Assembly (NCBI GenBank): GCA_030550115.1
Contig: JAUQPY010000031.1
Location: forward strand, 1-41,174
Reading direction: 5' to 3'
DNA length: 41,174 bases
Source: Candidatus Micrarchaeota archaeon
Lineage (GTDB): Archaea > Micrarchaeota > Micrarchaeia > Anstonellales > J096
In this document: one piece after another, positions 35,000 through 41,174 of the stretch
How positions within the stretch are numbered: the first letter of the stretch is position 1
Layout of the letters: each line of letters opens with the position of its first letter
Notes under the pieces: generated by a model
What the model saw: the letters and a program-made list of their open reading frames with translations, nothing else
Told to the model about the DNA's origin: nothing
The model's database searches: none
Program-made: the position numbers and the translations under genes

Positions 35000-36036
35000 G
35001 TGATCTAGATAGTAGATTAGAACTATTCAAGAGAAGGCCTACAGAAGAGATAGTTAATGAGGATCTGCTGATTGCTAAACTAGAATCAGGAAAGACACTT
35101 AAGCATTACATAGGATTTGAAGTCTCCGGATTGATACATTTAGGTACCATATCAACATTGCTGAAAGTGAGAGATTTAAAGAGTGCTGGAGTGAATGTAA
35201 ACATATTTATAGCTGATTATCATAGTTGGATAAATCGTAAGTTTGGAGGTGATCTAGATCTTATAAGAAAAGTATCCTCGGAATATTTTAGACCATTTCT
35301 TGAGATTATGGGGATAGAAGCTAATTACATATTAGCATCAGAATTATATGATAACGATTATTGGAGATTGGTTTTGCAAATAGGTAACTCAAGTACTGTG
35401 AACAGAGTAAAGAGAACACTTACTATCATGGGAAGAGAAGAATCTGATAGTAATCCTGTCTCATTCTTCATATACCCTCTCATGCAGGCTGCAGATATAT
35501 TCAAGCTGGAAGTGGATATCGCTCATGCAGGTATGGATCAGAGAAAGGTTCATATGTTAGCAGTGGATGTTGCAGAGAAGATAAACAGAGAGAAACCAGT
35601 GTGTTTACATACTCATCTAATTCCTGCTCTAGATTATGATGGTAGAATGGATATAGTTGATGCAAAGATGAGTAAGAGCAAAGGGAACAGTGCTATATTT
35701 ATACACGACTCTGAGGAGGAAATACGTAGGAAGATAAATGGGGCATATTGTCCTCCAAGAGTCCTGGAGAATAATGTTGTATACGAGATATTGAAATGGA
35801 TTATAATTAGAACGGATACGGAGGAATTTACAATACCTAGAGATATGAAATATGGAGGGGATATAACTCTAACTATGCCTGAGTTTGAGAGATTATACAT
35901 TGAAGGTAAGATCCATCCAATGGATTTGAAGAGATTTGTTTCAGATAGTCTGATAAGAATGCTTGAACCTGCTAGAAAATTAACTGAGCAGAAAATGGAT
36001 CTGGTGAATTTTGTAAAATTATCTAGAACTAGATAA
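34996..36036 (+). CDS. tyrS: Tyrosyl-tRNA synthetase
   Basis: YIGFEVSG.IHLG, YPLMQAADIF, GMDQRK, KMSKS, HPMDLK. Confidence 0.97.
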   Translation: MSDLDSRLELFKRRPTEEIVNEDLLIAKLESGKTLKHYIGFEVSGLIHLGTISTLLKVRDLKSAGVNVNIFIADYHSWINRKFGGDLDLIRKVSSEYFRPFLEIMGIEANYILASELYDNDYWRLVLQIGNSSTVNRVKRTLTIMGREESDSNPVSFFIYPLMQAADIFKLEVDIAHAGMDQRKVHMLAVDVAEKINREKPVCLHTHLIPALDYDGRMDIVDAKMSKSKGNSAIFIHDSEEEIRRKINGAYCPPRVLENNVVYEILKWIIIRTDTEEFTIPRDMKYGGDITLTMPEFERLYIEGKIHPMDLKRFVSDSLIRMLEPARKLTEQKMDLVNFVKLSRTR

Positions 36037-36070
36037 AGGTTTTAAAAACTATTATAATTCTTTAATTAAC

Positions 36071-36478
36071 ATGCACGTACACCAAATAAGAGCAGATGTA
36101 TTAATAAGAAAACTTGCTGATCGATTGAAAAACGAATTACCCAAACCTGAATGGGTTGATTATGTGAAGGCTGGAGTATATGCAGAAAGACCTCCCGAAC
36201 AGGAAGATTTCTGGTGGATAAGAGCTGCGGCTATAATGCGAAAACTATATTTACATGGAGCTATAGGTGTGTCTAGATTGAGAAAAATGTATGGTAAGAG
36301 AAAGAAGAGAGGAGTTAAGCCAGAGCACAAATACCCTGCTGGAGGAAAATTGATTAGAAATATCCTTCAGGGTTTGGAGAGATTAGGATATGTGAGAAAG
36401 GTTCAGAAAGGTAGAGAATTGACTGGCAAGGGAAGAGCTCTATTGGATTCTCTTGCTAAGGAATATGGATCAGGATAA
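36071..36478 (+). CDS. rps19e: 30S ribosomal protein S19e
   Basis: PEW..YVK.G...ERPP...WWIRAAA.MRK, GRELT..G. Confidence 0.96.
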   Translation: MHVHQIRADVLIRKLADRLKNELPKPEWVDYVKAGVYAERPPEQEDFWWIRAAAIMRKLYLHGAIGVSRLRKMYGKRKKRGVKPEHKYPAGGKLIRNILQGLERLGYVRKVQKGRELTGKGRALLDSLAKEYGSG

Positions 36479-36743
36479 TAAACCAAAACAGGAACCTAGA
36501 GACAAGGAAGAAGAGATAAAGAGATTATTAGTAATTGCCCTTACTCCTGAGGCATATACAAGATTGATGAATGTTAGAATCGCCAATCCTGAATTTTTTC
36601 AACAGGCTGCATCTGTTGTGTTACAAATCTTCTCCAGATATGGAAAAAAGGTGGATGAGCAGAGTTTGATAGATATTCTTAGAAAACTCAAGGAGAGATC
36701 TGATAGTGATAAGGGCGGAAACATAATCATACGGAGGAAGTGA
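36465..36743 (+). CDS. PDCD5-family DNA-binding protein
   Basis: LTPEA..RL.NVR.ANPE, L..IL, C-terminal IRRK; follows S19e as in many archaea. Confidence 0.88.
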   Translation: MDQDNKPKQEPRDKEEEIKRLLVIALTPEAYTRLMNVRIANPEFFQQAASVVLQIFSRYGKKVDEQSLIDILRKLKERSDSDKGGNIIIRRK

Positions 36744-36780
36744 TAATTTTTTAAAAAGTGTTTAAATAATATAAAAATAG

Positions 36781-38319
36781 ATGGGAATTATTGATATCAT
36801 AACCAGAAATCTATTAATACTGGCTCTAGGTCTGGGGATCGGCCTAGCTATAGCTGTTTTGATATACTTCTACAATCTTATATTCAAGAAAGATCAGGCC
36901 AAATCCTTGGATGCAGTTAAAGATGTTATTATAGTTGTTTTCTATCTGATATTACTATTTGCAATTGATCTTGCGTATAATCTATTCCTATCGGCATGGT
37001 TAGGTATCCCTGTGGGTCCGGGTGATAATCTGAGGATTGCTGAGGCAGTAATCTACAAGGATATCGATAAATTCAGGGAGACTTTGATGTATATATACGT
37101 AGCAGATTTTGTGATTAATCTCTTTGGATCATTTTCAGCACATCTACATGCAGCAATAAATCCGGAGATGACCAAGTTGCAAGGAGTGTCTGTTCTAAAT
37201 AGAGTAATGGAAGGTATGACTTCATTATTACAAAAGGCTAGTTTGGATCCTTACAAAGCAGAGATGGGTATTGATTATTTCTATAAGATGAATTCTGTAA
37301 TACAACTGCTCTACAATGCCTCATATGGTCTGTTCCTAGTTCTTGTATATAAATATATCAAACTCACAGTTATAACTTACTTACCTCTAATTATGTCTAT
37401 CTTTATTCCTTTAGGTCTAGTTCTGATATTCATACCTATTACTAGAAAGGTAGGAATGACTATTGTTGGGTTGGCAGTAACACTTTACTATCTCTTCCCA
37501 GTGTTTATAATATACTCAGACACTGTTCTTAGGAATATGCCTGATTTTGATCACAGATATATTTCAGCTTATATCTCTCCTACCATAGTAGAATTTTTGG
37601 ATAAGAGTTCAGGATCTAATCCTGCCACAAGAGCAGGTTATAAGTACGCATTTATAGAGAGAGAAAAGGCAATACAGAAATCTCTGGATTACGTATTCCT
37701 AGAACAAGATAGGAGCAATATTATGGAGCCTGATCAGAACAATCCTGTGGGGAAGCTGGAGAAAGAAGGAGTAGGTGTGTTTCATATATATTCATTCGTA
37801 GATGCACAATCAGTATGTGACCCAGGGACCAATGACAGAGAAGTTTGTAGAGAATATCAAACAGCTAACATAGGTGACTACAGATCAGAGAATGTATTAG
37901 CTCCTCTTGGATCTCTGTATGCAAATACAGTAAAATACTCTGCAATAGTTAGAGTAGGAACAGCTATAAAACAGGTTATATCCACAGCATCCATAGTATC
38001 ATCTCTAAATCCATTTGCAGTTGCAATGATAAATATACTTGGAATGGCTGTTAATATGTTCCTGTTTGCAATCCAAATAACTCAGGTTTTACCTATCCCT
38101 GGATTGAGCCAAATCCTATATGGAGCTCTAAATATTCCATTCTTACCATTCCTAATGTTTAGAACTGCATTAGAAGCAGCATTGATAGCTTACAAGATAA
38201 TTATATATGGATCTATAACTATCTTTTTAGATATCTTTCTAATTATCACCGGATATAGAGCAGTAGCATCTGTAATTGGAGCTGAGCAGAGAATACTAGG
38301 TTTGGAGAGGGTGCTGTAG
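36781..38319 (+). CDS. Polytopic membrane protein, paralogue 1 (CedA/VirB6-like)
   Basis: Shared motif PLGLVLIFIPITRKVGMTIVGLAVTLYYLFP; large loop with a Cys pair; family call is by resemblance. Confidence 0.55.
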   Translation: MGIIDIITRNLLILALGLGIGLAIAVLIYFYNLIFKKDQAKSLDAVKDVIIVVFYLILLFAIDLAYNLFLSAWLGIPVGPGDNLRIAEAVIYKDIDKFRETLMYIYVADFVINLFGSFSAHLHAAINPEMTKLQGVSVLNRVMEGMTSLLQKASLDPYKAEMGIDYFYKMNSVIQLLYNASYGLFLVLVYKYIKLTVITYLPLIMSIFIPLGLVLIFIPITRKVGMTIVGLAVTLYYLFPVFIIYSDTVLRNMPDFDHRYISAYISPTIVEFLDKSSGSNPATRAGYKYAFIEREKAIQKSLDYVFLEQDRSNIMEPDQNNPVGKLEKEGVGVFHIYSFVDAQSVCDPGTNDREVCREYQTANIGDYRSENVLAPLGSLYANTVKYSAIVRVGTAIKQVISTASIVSSLNPFAVAMINILGMAVNMFLFAIQITQVLPIPGLSQILYGALNIPFLPFLMFRTALEAALIAYKIIIYGSITIFLDIFLIITGYRAVASVIGAEQRILGLERVL

Positions 38320-38320
38320 A

Positions 38321-39394
38321 ATGTTGTCGATCATAGATAGTTTTGTTGTAGCGTTGGTAATGATAGTTGCTGGATATATATTGTTACTATTTGTCATGGC
38401 TAGACTTAGTAGTAACGAAGAGTGGAAACAGAATTTCAAGATAGAGTTGCAACAGCTACTATTGAGTTTGCTATTACTAATAGGTGTATACGCGATAGCA
38501 GGTTTTGTTACTATGATCTATCAATACTATACAGGTGGATTGGATGCATTCAACTATCTATCCATTCAACTAATATCCATAATGAAAAACTTACACTTCT
38601 ATGCATCTCATCTAACTCTTTCAGCATCTCTAATGAGAATGTTCGGAGAGTTTACAAATATAGGTTATCCGCATGGTTCTTATGGATCAGCTAGATTACC
38701 TACTACTCCTGGTGTAGATCTGTTAGCATCAGTTACTTTTCAGATCAGAGATCTGCTTATGATAGCTACAGGTGGTTTGGTTATGCAATCTATACTTTTT
38801 GATCTTATAAAGAATCTAGCACTTACTGTAGTATTGCCTATAGGGATTGTTTTGAGAATCTTGCCAATCACTCGACAATTTGGAAATGAACTGATCGGCC
38901 TGAGTGTTTCATCATATATAATATTACCTATTATTTATTTGGTTTTCTTCCAAACCATCCAAGAAGTTGCTAATGAGAGAGGAGGGTTTATAGAGAGGTT
39001 TGTTGATGGATATCTTGCAATAGGTGACACTAGATTGATAGAGCCAGATAAGATAATCGTTGATATACAGAAAGATCACCAGACCAGTATTCAGGACAGT
39101 ATGGATAGATTGAACAACTATTTTGATAGATATAAATCAGAGATTGATTCAGAAGTAATGGGAAGTACTGCTGATGAGCATAGGCTCTACAGATTCTTTG
39201 AAACCTATTTAACTACTGGATTGATATTAGGATTTCTAAATGTAGGATTTCCCATATCATTTCTATTTCTTTACTCCTTATTGCTATATGCCTCAGGATT
39301 CTTAGTATTTGGATTTGGATTACCAGGATTTGCCATAGCAATAACACTGACAGCTGCTAAGAGTATTAGAGATTCTCTGGAGAGATTGGTATGA
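38321..39394 (+). CDS. Polytopic membrane protein, paralogue 2 (CedA/VirB6-like)
   Basis: PIGIVLRILPITRQFGNELIGLSVSSYIILP. Confidence 0.55.
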   Translation: MLSIIDSFVVALVMIVAGYILLLFVMARLSSNEEWKQNFKIELQQLLLSLLLLIGVYAIAGFVTMIYQYYTGGLDAFNYLSIQLISIMKNLHFYASHLTLSASLMRMFGEFTNIGYPHGSYGSARLPTTPGVDLLASVTFQIRDLLMIATGGLVMQSILFDLIKNLALTVVLPIGIVLRILPITRQFGNELIGLSVSSYIILPIIYLVFFQTIQEVANERGGFIERFVDGYLAIGDTRLIEPDKIIVDIQKDHQTSIQDSMDRLNNYFDRYKSEIDSEVMGSTADEHRLYRFFETYLTTGLILGFLNVGFPISFLFLYSLLLYASGFLVFGFGLPGFAIAITLTAAKSIRDSLERLV

Positions 39395-40578
39395 ACCCAA
39401 TTATAGATGCAGTTGCCCCTATTATAGGGATATCAATTTTAATATACATAATAGCTTATCTCGTTGGGAGAATTCTGAACAAACCTGATATACCTGCCTT
39501 TATCAACATGGAACTCTTATCTCTTATAATTTTCATAGCTCTACTGGTAGTGTTGTTGTATATGTTGGATTTTGCAGTTGATATAACTATATCGAATCTT
39601 AATCCTGATGCAAAATCTGAAGTATGTGATAAATATGGAATATCTATATCAAGATGTCATGTTGCTATAGCAGGATATTTTCTGGAGAGCGTACTTAGGG
39701 AACTTACAGATTATTATATACAGTTAAATGCAGTTCTTCTAACTACTAATTTTGTAAAACAGACTTATTCTGTGAAAGCAATTCAGGGAGATAAATTCGT
39801 AAAGCTAAACATGAATCCATTTATATTCGTACCCTCACTGTACATAGAACCTATAATCGGATTGGTTCAGACGATGTTGCAGTTCGCTATAGCCCAGTTC
39901 ATTGTTCTTTGGTATATCACATCTCCGCAGTTTTTCATAGGTTTCTTGACTTTAGGAATTGTTCTTAGATTATTTGCTGTAACCAAATCGGCTGGTGGAT
40001 TGATAATAGCTCTAGTTATAGGTTTATATTATGTATTCCCAATGGCATATGTTCTGATAGATGTACACTACAGATATTCATATCCTGGTACTTATGGGTT
40101 TGATAAGATAAATACCTATAGAGTTACTGATCATCTCCTATCTACATTTGGAATTCCATTTGGAGATCGATTGGATGCGGCCATAAATGCCATACTGAAT
40201 GTAGAGAGTAAACCTATTGATCCTAATGATCCAGATTCAGTAGTTAGTAGTTTGGGTGCTGCTCTCAGTAACATGGCTAGCATAGCTAAAGCGATTATAA
40301 AGATTGCTACTGTATTAGGTGCCATGCTATCAGTATATACCCTCTCATTTTTACCGCCTGTAGCTATAGGATATACTCTTGTAGGAGATGCTGTTCCAGA
40401 TATAATGAGTAGTATTATTAATATGCCTATTATTCTATTAAACATCTACACTGAATTTTTTATAATATTTGCAGTACTGATATACATATCTCTAATAAGC
40501 ACTGTGGCATTTGTTAAAACACTATCCCCAATATTAGGTGGTGACGTTGAAATTGCTGGTATTACTCGTTTTATATAG
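39391..40578 (+). CDS. Polytopic membrane protein, paralogue 3 (CedA/VirB6-like)
   Basis: TLGIVLRLFAVTKSAGGLIIALVIGLYYVFP; C-terminus LSPILGGDVEIAGITRFI. Confidence 0.55.
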   Translation: MNPIIDAVAPIIGISILIYIIAYLVGRILNKPDIPAFINMELLSLIIFIALLVVLLYMLDFAVDITISNLNPDAKSEVCDKYGISISRCHVAIAGYFLESVLRELTDYYIQLNAVLLTTNFVKQTYSVKAIQGDKFVKLNMNPFIFVPSLYIEPIIGLVQTMLQFAIAQFIVLWYITSPQFFIGFLTLGIVLRLFAVTKSAGGLIIALVIGLYYVFPMAYVLIDVHYRYSYPGTYGFDKINTYRVTDHLLSTFGIPFGDRLDAAINAILNVESKPIDPNDPDSVVSSLGAALSNMASIAKAIIKIATVLGAMLSVYTLSFLPPVAIGYTLVGDAVPDIMSSIINMPIILLNIYTEFFIIFAVLIYISLISTVAFVKTLSPILGGDVEIAGITRFI

Positions 40579-41174
40579 TATCCTATCATTAGCCTCCTCA
40601 TGTGACGATGGGGGGTTTATTAGTCAGGAGTGTATTGAGAGAGATATTTATGGTAAGTTTGATGAGAATCTTGTATATAATGGATTTAAAAAGGTGTTTT
40701 TAGATGCGAGAAATACTGCTCTAAATATGTTAGACAATCTAATCGTAAATGTGATAGGTCCTTATACATTCTGTAAAAGCACTAATCCTGTAGATGTGTC
40801 CAATCTTTTGAATACAGTCGGAATAATAGTATTCATATCACTACTTCTCATATACATTCTAAATGCTATTGCATCTATCTTTGGATTACAATGGAGAATA
40901 TCTCTGTTGGATGAGGCATTTCAGGCTCTATTAACCATATTAGTAGTAATACTGATAGTAGGGGTTATTAATTACTATACTTATAATAATATATTCATTC
41001 AGGCAAAACAGTATGTAGTTAATATAATTATAAATTTCTCCTTCTTCTCCATGTTGCTCAAGACTATTGAAACTATGTTAGTAGCTCTATCGAATATTAC
41101 AATCCCATTTGGTCCTCCAGATGCTAGAGGAATTTTTGGAGTATCATTCTCCCAATTATTCACAATAGTATTCA
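40547..41174 (+). CDS. Polytopic membrane protein, probable paralogue 4, 3' truncated, absent from ORF track
   Basis: Open from TTG 40547 (after GGTGGTGA) to the window end: MKLLVLLVLYSILSLASSCDDGG... then TM-loop-DEAFQALLTILVV, matching IELQQLLLSLLL of paralogue 2. Confidence 0.7.
   Translation, partial: MKLLVLLVLYSILSLASSCDDGGFISQECIERDIYGKFDENLVYNGFKKVFLDARNTALNMLDNLIVNVIGPYTFCKSTNPVDVSNLLNTVGIIVFISLLLIYILNAIASIFGLQWRISLLDEAFQALLTILVVILIVGVINYYTYNNIFIQAKQYVVNIIINFSFFSMLLKTIETMLVALSNITIPFGPPDARGIFGVSFSQLFTIVF

Overview
AT-rich, very compact archaeal chromosomal segment. Evidence for archaea: archaeal/eukaryote-type r-proteins eS4, eL32, eL19, eL40 and eS19, Rpo6, archaeal GluRS/TyrRS, GGTGA Shine-Dalgarno sites and TTTAAA TATA boxes. 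Short genes and many overlaps suggest a reduced DPANN-type archaeon, possibly Micrarchaeota-like and thermophilic; that placement is inference. The first 17 kb holds the ribosomal super-operon in two swapped halves (eS4 to secY-adk-DUF106, then uL3 to uL29-aIF1), separated by four intron-less tRNAs, eL40 and four ORFans. The middle carries housekeeping and surface genes: GT-C-like membrane protein, transglutaminase-like protein, EndoQ, dUTPase, AK6/Fap7, thiolase, Rpo6, a 10-repeat Cys-rich lipoprotein, beta-carbonic anhydrase, malic enzyme and GluRS. Most notable: (i) a Rad50/SMC-like ATPase with a 40-residue hydrophobic hairpin where the Zn-hook should be, in a coupled three-gene operon without Mre11; (ii) a tandem array of at least four paralogous CedA/VirB6-like membrane proteins running off the right edge; (iii) two convergent protein genes that both take their stop codon from positions 8-10 of a downstream tRNA. 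No CRISPR array, rRNA or mobile element was recognised. All family calls come from motif recognition by eye, not from database searches.
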